A DNA stretch of 64,000 bases from the human T2T-CHM13v2.0 reference genome, Homo sapiens: the NCBI RefSeq assembly GCF_009914755.1, contig NC_060945.1. One strand, 5' to 3'. Each line of letters begins with the position of its first letter. The stretch's first letter is position 1. The position numbers and the translations under genes were made by a program. The notes beneath the pieces are model-generated. The model had not been told where the DNA came from and did no database searches. It saw only the letters and a program-made list of their open reading frames with translations. This document shows, piece by piece, positions 13,311 to 28,188 of this stretch.

Positions 13311-15719
13311 TTATGACCTAAGGAACATGCTTTCTGACTGGGAATTGGATTCCACAACTCAACCGCATCATCTGCCTGCTGGTCATCAGAACCCACAGGA
13401 GTTGGGTAAAGAAAATAACTCACCATCCTCGATATAAACCTAAGAATTTATGTGTATTCCTCAGAGATGCACCTGCAGAGTGGGTTGGAACATTTACAAT
13501 TCATAACATGCCATTGTTCATACTGGTAATCAAACCAGTTTAACTGCTGAAGAATAAGATCACCACAATCATTATCAAAGATGCAAATAAACAGAAAATT
13601 AGAATGACAGTAATACTCTGTCAAGAGGTTCCATGGTAATATGATTTGTTGTAATACAGCAATTCCTGTATCACATCTTGTGATGTTTTCATGAACCAGT
13701 TCTAAAAAGAATTTAATATGCAAATATGCCAGCAGAATTGAGAATACAGCACATACCTAGTGTTTAATTTTAAATATGAATGAAGCATAATATCTTCATG
13801 TTTAATTCTGTTATAATTTTGGGGGTTTATATTTCCACATTCAATTTTTATGTTTCTTCTTTTTGTTATTAACATACAGATACGAGAGCAATTTCCTGAA
13901 GAATAACTTTCAAGGCTTCTCCCTTGACAAAGATAAAGTTGTTATTACAGGGCATGACTAAAGTAATCTCCTCTCTGTTGATTCACTAGCACACAATGTG
14001 ATTTTCTCTTAAAATTTTTATCAAGATTATTTATGCACAATACGGGCTTAACAACCCATAGTGATAAGTGAAAATACAAAAGTGCATTTTACCATGAACA
14101 TATAAAGGTGTTAAACTTATTTCAAGGTACATCAATAATTTATTTAAGGCAATCTTCATAAAGTTAGGACACTAGTTTTGTTTTTATTGTTCTGCAAAAC
14201 TGCTTGTCTAAAACTCATTTTTAAAAGATAATGTAGGAGTTTTAATGGAAACATACAAGTGGATTATTTAATTTATTTTTAATTAGTGTACTTACTATTC
14301 TCATGTCTTATGATGTAGATTAATCTTTCTCTTTATATATACCTGATACATGTTTCCTGAGTAAACTTACAGAGATTATTTACGCTCTGGTGTATGTTGC
14401 CACACACGGGTGTAGGAAAATATTCTTGATCACTCTATTATTTTGTTAATGATTATAATATAAATGGTCATTAACTTTGGTACCGAACACTAGGTTAATG
14501 ATGTTCAGATATTCCTTTTATAGTTCCAGTTCAAAGTCTAGTTTATAAGAAAAGAGTTTTAACATAAACAAGGTCATTGAAGTCAGTGCTTCTTGGTGAT
14601 GAAATTGAGATTAAATCATGCTATTTACACATCAAAAGCCTGATTAACATAAAATGCCTGTAACAATTACACAGCCCAGGCACACAGATCAACTCATGAA
14701 TCAACATAAACTACTTTTATCAGAACCACTAACATTTTAGGAGTTGTGAATTTATCACTGATTTACTTTTTTAAGAAATTTCAAGTATGACAGTCAAAAA
14801 CCCTTAAATTTCTAATTTACAAGGCAGTTGAACATAGTCACTAGAAATTAAGAGCAAATGCATCAAACTTCTCTGTCTACCACAAATACATTCTTCTTCC
14901 TTTTATATATGTACTCTTTAGGGTCACCAGTGGAGTCTTCTCAATTCCCAGTCCCCTTCCGTGAAATCAAAACCTTCCTTCCTATTCGGAGTATCAGTGA
15001 CAATTTTATCTCTATCCTCTATTTAACCTCTCTCACATTGTAGCTAGTGCAGACCTGTTTTTTTTCCTAAGCTATAGTAAAGTTGTTTGTACTTTCACTT
15101 TGCCACAGAATTTACACTTGCACTGTTATTACCAACTACTCTAAAAATAGAATTGAGAACCTGCTATGAGTCAGAGGTTTTAGGTCATTTCCCATCCTCT
15201 AACGGTGTCCTGTTTTAGCCTAGGAATGGGAAAATGGAATAGTGGATATTATCAGCTTCTAATCTCTAACTTAGATATTCTCACCTCTCAAAACACACAC
15301 ACACACACTTACAATTGGTCCCATTTCTCCATGGTTGGGTCCAAGGAAGTAACATTAGAGAAATTCCTCATGACCACACGGGAGGCATATGTGGGATCTG
15401 TCATTGGCCTGGTGGGTGATTAGAGCTGTTTCTTTCTCTCACATACACTTTTATGGCTTTCACAGATGTCCCATCCCCTGAACGTTCAACAGATAGCCTC
15501 TTGGTAAGAAAGCTGTTTTTGTTTTTTCGGGGTAAACGGTTTACAATCTCTTTCTATAAATATTCTTTCTAATACAGTCAGCTTGCACAGCAAACTCATA
15601 GAGCTCTCCCCTACTCCCAAACAACCTCCCCTCACCTCTTAATTCTTACTAACTTTTGCTGAGGTGATGGGATAAGGGTACTAGCGCTGGTTTGTAGCAT
15701 GTATTTGCAAGTCCTGTAT

Positions 15720-16700
15720 CAGTTCATTCCTTAGGCAACACTGGGCATTTGTTCACTGCCAGGAAGTATTCTGACCACTGAAAATGAACAAAAGAAAAAA
15801 ATCTGCCATCATTGGGCTTAAAAACTTTTTTAAAAGACTCAAATATATAATGATTTACATGATGCTAATTGCTAAGGAAGAAAAATAAGTAGAAAAGGCA
15901 ATATGAAGTATGTATGTGTTGGTGGATGGAGTTGAACTTTTAAACAGCATTTCCAGAGCAAGTCTCCCTGAGAGAGTGAATTTGACTGGAGATCTAAAGA
16001 GGAGAGAGGGGATAATATTTCCAGAAAAAGTGATCAACCTGTTCAAAGGGCCATGAAGCAAGAGCACACCTAGATGTCTAAGAAGCATGCAGAATCCACA
16101 GCCAAGAGAGTAGAATGAAATGGGTTAAGGCGGCAAAGAGAGGTAAAGTGGGGAGGACCAAGAAGTGCCATGTGCCACTCATAGGACTTGTGGGTTCTAA
16201 GCACTCTTGGATTTTTACCCTAAGGAGATAAGAGGCCACCGGAGGGTTTTGAGCAAGGGATGGGAATAAACTTGTTTGTTATGCCTTATTTTGGTCACTA
16301 TGATTGCTGTGCTAAAACTACTGTGAAAAGGGCAAGGGCAGGAATATGGAAATCAGTTACTAGATTCTTGCAATTACCTGGCAAGAGGTAATGTGACTTG
16401 TACCAGGATGGTGGCAATGCAGTTGTTGAGAAGTCAAGTTTGGTATGTATCTAGAAAGTAAAGTCAATCTTATTCACTGGAAACTAGATGTGGGTGAGAA
16501 AGAGAAGAGTCAAGGAAACCAAGTTTTGTGGCTTTAGCAAATAGAATAAGGGGGCAAAATCTCAGGAGCTGAGATGTGAAGATTGCGGGAGCAGGCTTAA
16601 GAGTAGGAGGGGTGGGATCATATGAATTTTTAGATGTGGATTATGGTTGTATCTACAGGTGTCAGGTAAGATGTTAAATACATGAACCTGGAAGTCAGTA
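15720..16700 (-). mobile_element. L2 LINE fragment
   Basis: Antisense L2 motifs (gttcaaagggccatgaagc, gagggttttgagcaaggg, gagtcaagga...aagttttgtggc). Confidence 0.7.
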
Positions 16701-17544
16701 GATAAGTCATCACCTCAATTTTTTTCCACCAAATGTTTGATTTCCAACATATGGATTGCAACAAAAATAGAGAACAGTCATTGTACATATTCTAATCTAA
16801 TGCCTTGTACCATGTACATTGTCTCATTTGATTGTAAACTAAAAGAATTCCACGGCTATTATTTCCCCAATGTAACAAGTTAGGAGAAGGAGACTAAAAT
16901 TTTATAGTTATTTTGTCATTTTAGATAATAGATAAAATCACTTACTGTATGTTTCTGAGAACATTAATGGTTAAAAATCAAGGTTCTAGTTAGAGCAACT
17001 CATGCCATTTTGAAGATCAAAAAGTCTTTTAAAGAACACAACTTATGTTCTAGCTTTTCTCTTAAATGAGATATCTTTTCTTTGTCTGGGCCCCAAGTGC
17101 CTCTACATTTCTAAGATGTATGATATACATTTGTCTGTGTTTCCAGATTTCCCAGACTTCATGACACCCTGTTCACACAAATACAAAAGCTCAAAGTCAG
17201 ACAACTCTTATCTTGATTCCTCAAAATCATCTACAAAGAACTTCTTCAGAGGAGGGTGTTTTGGCTTCTCCAGAGTGCTTAGGAGCTTCTAGATTTTGGA
17301 AGACGCTCTGACCCACTCATTCATGGAACAACTTTCATGGGAAGGGCAGAGGAGCACAGAGGCCAAGACACACCCTACCCTCTGGAGAAGTGGACACAGG
17401 TTTGAGGTCTGAGGACAAGTAGCATGACCACATCAGAATTTACAAACACAGCGATGTGCCAGCCCCATCAATCATTTTAGACTTAATTTATTTAACAAGT
17501 ACTTATTGAATGCCTTCCAGGAAATAAGACTTGTGCTAAGCTAG

Positions 17545-17965
<421 letters not shown>

Positions 17966-18229
17966 AAGAAATTTCACTTTCATATGAACCATGACACTGA
18001 TTTAACAACTTCTCCCAAATGACACGGATCTTTTAATTATTTTTTTTCCTTGGGAGTTATATTTTTAAATTTATTTTGTATACTATAAGACATATATTCA
18101 ATAAAATCTTCCCTACTTTAAATTGTATATTAATAATTAATAAGCTTTGGATTCCAAAAAACAACCTTCAAAGTATAATAGATTATATATATACCACGTG
18201 CTTCCTGATGTTAAGTGAAGGAAATGCTT

Positions 18230-18460
18230 ATTCTGCAGCTGGGCTTTGTGGGGCTGGCTTGGACCAAAGTTTTCGTGTCTCCCTCTTTCCAGGAACCAGG
18301 ATGAAGGAGCGGCTACTATATTGAGCAAAGTACTGTCCTAGTTGAGGGCAGAAGCTGGAAGGGGAGAAGGATGAGGAAAGGATCCTAACTATACAGTGCA
18401 CTTAAAGTTCCAATTTGAATGTGGTTTATGATGTGTCTGTTTACATTCAGTTGAGAGAAT
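18230..18460 (-). mobile_element. MLT1(J/K/L)-like MaLR LTR fragment
   Basis: ttccaggaaccaggatgaaggagcggctactat...gtctgtttacattcagttg. Confidence 0.4.
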
Positions 18461-19369
18461 AAAATCCAATTCATATTTATCTCTTGGTCTAAAATGCAAA
18501 TGAATAAGTTAAAAAGCAATTATATTTCAGTCACACATATTCCATTTATACTGAATGAGTCAGCTGAGGTTTACATCCATTCTATATTCTTCAGCAGTTG
18601 CTTTAGTCATTTTTATGGTATGACCCTGTATTTATGTCCCGCCAGATAGCGCTTTTTCTAGATGTGATGATCCTTGGCACGTTGTCAGCTGAGGAATACT
18701 GTCATGTATTCGTGGTTGCCAAGAGGTTTTTTCACAAACAGAAAGGGCCACAGAATCCAAAAAAGCAAATAAGCTATTGAAGTTTATAACATAAAGTAAG
18801 TTAAACAAATTGGATATGAACTTCTCACAGAAGAAATCTCTTGATTTTTTATATAGATGTGTACAATAGTTTCTCACCCTTCTGAGAGAGATTCTAAAAC
18901 TTTTCATCTCTGAGATAAAGAAAAAAAACAAATCATGCCAGGGAATGAAACCATGCTTTTAAAGTCAGCATGATTACATTTTTTTAAGGTACTACTGTGA
19001 GGGGGAAAAGTCATTGGAACAAGAAGCAGAACTTGATTTTTTGGATGTGCAGGAAGGGAATTCTTTCTGTTTCAAAGTTAAATCAGGAAAGATAAGCTGA
19101 GAATACTTTGCTTTGCTCTATAATTTAGGTATAACCAGATTTACTCAAAAATTAGGCGGGGATATTTTTTGAGGGAGTAAAGAAAATTGTACTTGGTGAT
19201 TAATTAATATAATCCAATTGTATATTACTTCATTTCAAAATTATTTAAGAAGCATGTTATACCATCAAAGTCTCCATCCAAAATACATTTAACCAGTGGT
19301 TACTCAGCCTCCCCAACCCTAAGTTCACTTTAAAGTAGGTTTTATCTGAGATCCAGGACACATATTCTG

Positions 19370-19500
19370 GATATGTGTATCTGTATGTACACATACACAT
19401 GCATACATTAATGTATGTGCATATTCAAAGATGCTTACATACATGTCATACACATGTGACATACATATGCATATATGTCATATATACTTACATGCATGAA
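19370..19500. repeat. Degenerate (CATA/TATG)n repeat
   Basis: Directly visible. Confidence 0.8.
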
Positions 19501-19972
19501 ACAAACATTTCATGAAACTGTAATTACTATGTTTTACTCTGTTATTTCTGTTCTGTTTAATTTTTTAAAATTACATAGTAAATATATTTTATGACTCACC
19601 AATTCGCAAAGCACTGTTTTAAACCGTTTGTTTCACCTTTTGGTTATAAATAAAGACACACACAAAAACTGCTTTAGAGAGAATACAAATGTATTAATTA
19701 ATATTTGATATCTCAGGAAGGGCCAGAGAATCAGTTTTGGAGTTTACACAACCAGAGCTTACACTCAAACCATACGATGGAACAACTGTTCATAGGACCC
19801 TTCATGGCTGTTGCTGGGCACAACCGCTGTTTGTGTCACAGACACTGGACACTGTAAGCTGCCTTTGAAAGATCTGGCTCTGCTGACACTGAAGACACAT
19901 AGGAGGGCACCATTTCTTGATATCTCAAGTTTATGAATAAAGGCTCGAGCAATATTTCTGATCGTTGGGGCT

Positions 19973-20359
19973 TGTATTAGCTTCAGCTGCCAAAACAACA
20001 TACTACACACTGAGCAACTTATACAACAGATATTTAATTTTTCACAGTTTTAGGAGGTGGAAGTAAAAAATTCAGGTGCCTGCAAGGCTAGTCTGATGAG
20101 ATCTCTCTTCCAGGCGTGCAGGCGGCCACCTTCTCTCTGTGTCCTCACATGGCCTTTCTTCTACGAGTATGCTGAGTAAGGAAGAGAGCTCTGGTGACTC
20201 TTCTTACAAAGACACTAGTCCTATGGAGTGAAGGCCCAACCTTCATGACCTTATTTAACCTTAATTATCTCCTTAAGGGGCATACATCCAAATACAGTCA
20301 TATTGGCAGTTAGGGCTTCGGCATATGAATCTTAGAGGGACACAATTCAGTCTATAACA
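19973..20359 (-). mobile_element. MLT1A/A0 solo MaLR LTR
   Basis: tgtattag...ggacacaattcagtctataaca; 5-bp TSD gggct/aggct. Confidence 0.85.
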
Positions 20360-22165
20360 AGGCTCATGTCACATGTCTGAATATTGCCTGATGCAAGCCT
20401 CAGAAGATGATTTTCTGGTGAGTTTCTACCTGGGTGAGGCACATACTATCAATATGGTCAATTTCACAAACATAGGAAACATATATAAACCTTTTGGACC
20501 ACCAAAAAGTGTGATAAATGTCATCTGCACTGTAAAACAAGGAAAATCTGCCCCATATTTATAAATCTTCACAGTAAAAGATTTTCCAATTTGGAAATCT
20601 ACAACAATAAGAAAACCACAAATTAATTGAAAAATATAATATAGCACACATTATCGATTTGACTAAAAGATTTAATCCTGTGTACACTGTTACATATTTT
20701 TCATAGATATTTTCAATAATTCATTCTAGTTAATGCTTTATTTAAAACAATGGGAGACAGTCTAATTTGACGTATGATAAAGAATATATTCTCCTGATGA
20801 CATGTATTATGTCACCCTAAATTACTTAAGACATCTGCCAAATCAATAATAATTCAGTTAATCTGGCAAACACATAACAAATAAAAACAATTATACACTT
20901 GAAAATTATGTTGACTCCTTTTCCTTTTTATAAATAACAAATTAAATTCTCTGTTAAGACATTTGTTTAACACTGATAGTCTTAATGCAAGTTACTTTTA
21001 CAGATAACATGGTAATATTTTCAAAAAATTGGAAAATGGTGTCGTAAATTACACATTATTATTATAGAGCCTCAACATCACTTGGTGATTTATAAAATTG
21101 ACCTTGTCAATATTCATAAAAGTGGTGTAAATTATGTCTGATAAAAACATAACAATCCACATAAGCCTGATGTTTAGCTTCTCATATGCATGACATAGGC
21201 TTGATTAGGAGAGCAATTTTGTCACTTTTTTTTAAATTAATTTTTATGGGTACATAGTAGATGTATATGCTTATGGGATATATGAGATATTATGATATAG
21301 GCATACAATGTGTAATAATCACATCAGTGTAAGTGGAGTGTCCATCACCTCAAGCATGTATCATTTCTTTGTACTACAAATGTTCTAATTATACACTTTT
21401 ATTTTTAAATGTACAATAAATTATTTCTGACTACAGTCATCCTGTTGTGCTATCAAATACTGGATCTTGTTAATTCTATCAACTATACTTTTGTACCCAT
21501 TAACCATCCCCATTCCTCACTCCCCTCTACCCCTCCCAGCCTCTGGTAACTATCATTCTACTTTCTACCTCCACGAATTCAATTGTTTTAATTTTAACAC
21601 CCACAGATGAGTGAGAACATGTGAAGTTTGTCTTTCTGTCCCTGGCTTATTTCACTTAAATCATGTCCTCCATTTCCATCCATGTTGTTGGAAATGACAG
21701 GATTGCATTCTGTTTTACGACTGAATACTATTTCATTGTATATATGTTCCACGTTTTCTTTGTACATTTGTCTGTTGATGGACACAGGTTGATTCCAAAT
21801 CTTGGCTATTGTGAATAGTGCTGCAATAAACACGGGAGAGCAGTTATCTTTTCAATACACTGATTTCTTTTCTTTTGGGTGTATGCCTAGCGGTGGGACT
21901 TCCGGGTTACAAAATAGTGCTATTTTTATTTTTCTGAGGAACCTCCATACTCTTCTCCATGCAGATATACTAATTTACGTTCCCACCAAGTTTATGAGAG
22001 TTCTCATTTCTTCATATTCTCACCAGCATTTGTTATTGCTAGTCTTCTGGATAAAAGCCATTTTAACTGGAGTGCAGTATATGTCATTGTAGTTTTGATT
22101 TGCATTTATCTGATAAGCAATGATTTTGAGCACCAACTCATGTACTTGTTTGCCATTTGTATGTC

Positions 22166-22467
22166 TTTTTTTTTTTTTGAGACGGAGCCACACTCTGTCG
22201 CCTAGGCTGGAGTGCAGCGAACATCATCTGTCTTGGCTCACTACAACCTCCGTCTCCCAGGTTCAAGGGATTCTCCTGCCTCAGCCTCCCCAGTAGCTGG
22301 GATTATAGGCACACGCCACCATGTCCAGCTAATTTTTTGTACTTTTTAGTAGAGACAAGATTTCACCAGGTTGGCCAGGCTGTTCTCGAACTCTTGACCT
22401 CAGGTAATCCACCAGCCTCTGCCTCCCAAAGTGCTGGGATTACAGGTGTGAGCCACCGTGCCCGGCC
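22166..22467 (-). mobile_element. AluSx/Sz-like, inside L1
   Basis: Antisense dimer with poly(T); TSD gtatgtctt / gtatgcctt. Confidence 0.93.
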
Positions 22468-25349
22468 AGTATGCCTTCTTTTGAGAAATGTCAATTCAGA
22501 ACTTTTGCACATTTTAAATCAGATTATTAGATTTGTTTTTCCTATAGAGTTTTTGAGCTCCTTACATATTATGGTTATTAATCCCTTGTCAAATGGATAG
22601 TTGGCAAATATCTTCTCCCATTCTGTGTGCTGTCTCTTCACTTTGTTGTTTGTTTCCTTTGCTGTGCAGAAACTTTTTAACTTGATGTTATTCCATTTGT
22701 TCATTTTTGCTTTGTTTTCCTGTGCTGTTGGAGTAATACTCAATAAATCTTTGCCGAGACTAATGTCCTCGAGGGTTTACCTAGTGTTTTATTTTAATAG
22801 TTTCATAGTTTGAGGGCTTAGATTTAAATCTTTGATCTGGATTTAGTTTTTGCATATGGTGAGAGATAGGGTCTAGTTTCATTCTTCTGCATATGGATAT
22901 TCAGTTTTTCCAGCGCCATTTATTGAAGAGACTGTTCTTTACACAAACTATATTCTTGACAGCTTCATAAGAAACAAGTTCACTGTAGATGTATGGATTT
23001 AGTTCTGAGTTTTCTATTTTTTTCTGTTGGTCTATGTGTCTGTTTTTATGCCACTACTACACTGTTTACTTACAATAGGTCTACAGCATAATATGAAACC
23101 AGGTAATGTGATTCCTCCTGTCTTGTTCTTTTTGCTGAGGATGGCTTTTGCTATTTTGGGTCTTTTTTGGGTCTTAAAATTTCCACGTAAATTTTAAGAT
23201 TTTTTTTTTTAATTTTTGTGAGAATGTCATTGGTATTTTGATAAGGATTGCATTAAATCTGTAGCTTGCTTTGGGTAGTATGGACATTTTAGCAATAATT
23301 CATTCTTCTAATCCATGAAAATGAAATATCTTTTATTTTTTTGTGTGTCCTCTTCAACTTTTTGTATCAATGTTTTATAGCTCTTATTGCAGAGATCTTG
23401 TACTTCTTTGGTTAATTCCTAGGTATTTTATTTTATCTGCAGTGTTTGTAAATGAGATTACTTTCTTGATTACTTTTCAGAATGTTCGCTATTGGCATAT
23501 AGAGATGCTACTGATTTTTGTATGTTGATTGTTTGTCCTAAAACCATAAACCTAAAACCTAAAACCACCTCTAAGGTAAAATACTTGTGTTAAAAAAAAA
23601 AAGGAAAGCGGGGTACAGTGTACATCACACACAAGGCCCAGCAATCTCTTGCACGTAACATTTACTACTTTGACCACGTCAACCTTATCTATCAAAGTAG
23701 CCATCCATTAATTCCTTCCCACACTCCCTTTTTCTTTTCCAGTTCTAACTTCTTATTGAAATAAGTATAATTTCACATGCCAATAAACATGAATATGTTT
23801 ATCAGTTCTAATAGATTTTTTTTTGTGGAATCTTTAGGTTTTTCTAATATAGAATCATATAATCTTCAAACAAGGACAGTTTTACTTCTTCCTTCCCAAT
23901 TTGGATGCCTTTTATTTTTTTCTTTTGGCTGATTGCTGTAGCTAGGACTTCCATTGCTATTTTGAAAAATCGTGGTGAACGTGGGCATCCTTGTCATATT
24001 CCGGATATTAGAGCAAAGGCTTTCTGTTTTCCCTCATTCAGTATGATATGAGCTGTGTCTGTTGTACATGGCCTTTATATTGTTGAGGTATGTTCCTTCT
24101 ATACCCAGGTTTTTGAAGGTTTTTATGATAAAAGGATACTGAATAATATCAAATGCTTTTTTAGTGTCAGTTGAAATAATCATATGGTTATTTTCCTTCA
24201 TTCTGTTGATACACTGTATCACATTGATTTATTTGTGGATATGGAATCATCCTTGCATCCCTAGGATGAATTCCACTTAGTCATAATGACTAGTCTTTTT
24301 ACTGTGTTGTTGAATTCAGTTTGCTAGTATTTTGTGGAGGATTTTTGCGTCAGTGTTCATGAGGAATATTGGCCTTTAGTTTTTTTGTTGTTGTTTTGGG
24401 GTTTTTTTTTTTTTTTTTTTTGATATGTCTTTGTTTGGTTTTGGTATCAGAATAATACTGGCCTCATAGCTTGATTTTGGAAGTACTCCCTCCTCCTTTA
24501 TTTTTCAAAATAGTTTGAGTAGGGTTGGTATTAGTTTTCATTTAAATGTTTGCTAAAATTCAGCAGTGAAGCCATCAGGTCCTGGGCTTTTTTTATCAAA
24601 AAACTTTTTATTATGGCTTCAATCTCTTTAGTTTTTTTGGTCTGTTCAGGTTTTGGATTTCTTCATGATTCAATCTTATCCATGTCTAGGAATTTATCCA
24701 TTTCTTCTAGATTTTCCAATTTATTGGCATATAGTGCCTCCTAGTACTCCAAAGATTCTTTGAATTTCTGTAGTATCGACTGTAATGTCTCCTTTTTCAT
24801 GTATGATTTTATTTATTTGGATCTTCTTTCTGATTTTTAATTTGGCTAAAGGTTTGTCAACATAGTTTATCTTTTCAAAAAGCCAAATTTTCATTTCATT
24901 TATCTTGTGTATATTTTATTTCAATTTCTTTATTACTGTTCTGTTCTTCATTATTTCTTTTCTTTTACTAACTCTGTCTTGAAATGTATTTGTCTGACAT
25001 AAATATACAGCTACTCCTGCTCTTGTTTGGTTTCTATTTGCATGGAATATCCTTTTCCTTCCCTTTATTTTCAGTCTGTGTGTGTCTGTATAGGCAAAAT
25101 GTGTTTTTTGTAGGCAACAAAAAATAGCAAGATTTGGATCTTGCTATTTTATCCATTAAGCTACTCTATATCTTCAGATTGGCGAGTTTAGTCCATTTAC
25201 ATTTAATGTTATTATTAATAACTAATAACTCACTACTGCCATTTTGTTATTTGTTTTCTGGTTGTTTTGTGGTGTTCTGTTCCTTCCTTTTTTCCTTCCT
25301 GTATTCCTATCAGTAAACATGATTTTCTTTGGGGTATGTTTCAATTTTT

Positions 25350-25737
<388 letters not shown>

Positions 25738-27851
25738 TAACATCTTATGATCTGTTATTTTAAACTGATGACATCTTAACTCTGATTGCAAAAACAAACA
25801 AACAAAGAAGCAAAGGGAAAACTAATACAAACTCTTCACTTTACCCTTATCCCCCTGATTTTTAACTTTTTGTTGTTAGTTATAATGTCTGCCTTGAAAA
25901 ATTGTTGTAGTCATTTTTAATAGTTAATCTTTTATCTTTCTAATTAAGATATAAGTACCTTACCCACCACAATTACAGTGTTATAATATTCTATGTTTGT
26001 CTGCATACTTACTATTATCAGTGACTTTGGGGCCTTAAGATGATTTCTTATTGCTCTTTGAAGTTATTTTCTTTCAGACTGAAGAATTCCTTTTAATATT
26101 TCTTGTAGAAAAGGACTGATATTGAGGAAAATTCCTCGGGTTTTGTTTGTCTGGGAGTCTTTATTTCTTCTTCATGTTTGAAGGATATTTTCATGAGATA
26201 TACTATTCTAGGTTAAAAGTTTTTTGTTTTTTTCCATCAGCACTTTAAATATATTATGCTACTCTCTCCTGGCCTGTAAGCTTCCATTGAGAAGTTGGCT
26301 GCCAGATGTTTGCAGACTCATAGAGGCAACACCTTAATGGTCTTCGGTACAATCCAGAATAATTATCTGGATTACCAGCAAGAGTCTTGTTCTCTTCCCT
26401 TTCTTTCCCCCAAACAAATAAGAGTCTTTCTTTCTGTGTTAAGCTCTCTGGAGCTGGTGGAGGGGTGACACAAGTACTCCTGTTGCCACCACCACTTGGA
26501 GTGTGCTAGGTCAGACTCAAATCCAGCACAGCACTGGATCACACCCCAGGCCTGTGGCAAGTACTGCCTGGCTACCACTGATATTCACTCAAGGTCCAAG
26601 AGTGATCTTGTGGTGAATGACGTCAGGCCTGGATCTTTCAATTTAATGCAGCAGCCTCCGCTCTGGCCCAAGGTGGATCCAGAAATGCTGATGAGGGGCC
26701 AAGGCCTGAAATTGGTGTCCCTAGGAGAGCCCACTCGTTGCTCCATCACTCTATCATCAAGCTTGTACTCAAGCTGTAAGACAAAGTCTCATTTACTCTT
26801 CCCTCTCCTTTCCTCAAGCAGGAGTCTCTCCCCATGGCTACCACATCTGGAAATGCTCTGGGTAACCCCCAAATCCAGTTCTATACTGGGTGTCACCCAA
26901 GGCCCACAGTGAATACTACCTGATTACCACTAAGGTGTATTCAAGGCCCAAGGGCTCTTTAGGCAGCAGGTGATGAATCCTGTCAAGACTGGGCCCTTCC
27001 CTTCAAGGTGTGGGTTCCTTTCTGGGCCAGGGTGTGTCTACAATTGTTATCTGGGAGCTAGGGCCTAGAATGAGGTGCCCTATTCTACTGTGTCTGAGCT
27101 GGTCTATAACTTGAAAGACAAAGTCCTTCTTACTCTATCCTGTTTTCTCCACACATAGATGAAAGGAGTCTTTCCTGGAGCTAGGAGTTCCAATGCCTGG
27201 GGTTGGAGGAGGGGTGGCACAAGCACTCCCCTGGACTCTGGCTGAAGTCTCACTAGGTCATGTGTACCTCACATCTGCTGGCTCTGAGCCCAGCACAGCA
27301 CCAGGACTTGCCCAGGAATTGCAGTCCTTGTGGCCTAGAGCATCTTTCAAGTTTATTTAGGACCCCAGGGTACTTCAGCTCATGAAGGTTGGGCTAGCTG
27401 TAACTCAGGTTCCAAATGCTAGGATGGATGATTACCCTCTGGCTAGGGCTGGTCTAAATGCTCACTCCCTGTGTGTCAACCGAATTTGCCCTGTGTTGCT
27501 TTCCGCAGTGACAGAACAGCACTGAGTTCCAATGCAGAGGCCCGCGCTCACTATGCTGTCTTTTCCCCAAGCACACAGATTCTCTTTCTGCACCACGTGG
27601 CCACTGCTGGCAGATGAGGGAGGGATGGGGTAGGCAGTTCAAGACTGTCTCTCCTACACTCTTTAGTGCCTCTTTCCTTGATATCATGTTAAATTTCGGC
27701 ACTGTGATTGTTACTTGATTTTTGGTTCTTATAAAGGCACTTTCTTGTGTGGATAGTTGTTCACTTCGATGTTCCTGTTGGGAGGACAATTACTGGAGGG
27801 TTCTGTTCAGCCATCTTGTTCTCTCACTCTATCTTTTAAAACCAAATAGTA

Positions 27852-28188
<337 letters not shown>

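Noticed and set aside
13004-13426. K/E/R-rich and F/S/L-rich ORFs of 86-130 aa
   Set aside because: Translations of a polypurine simple repeat that lacks stop codons.
23537-23566. Interstitial telomere repeat
   Set aside because: The unit is CCTAAAA, not CCCTAA, and derives from the adjacent L1 sequence.
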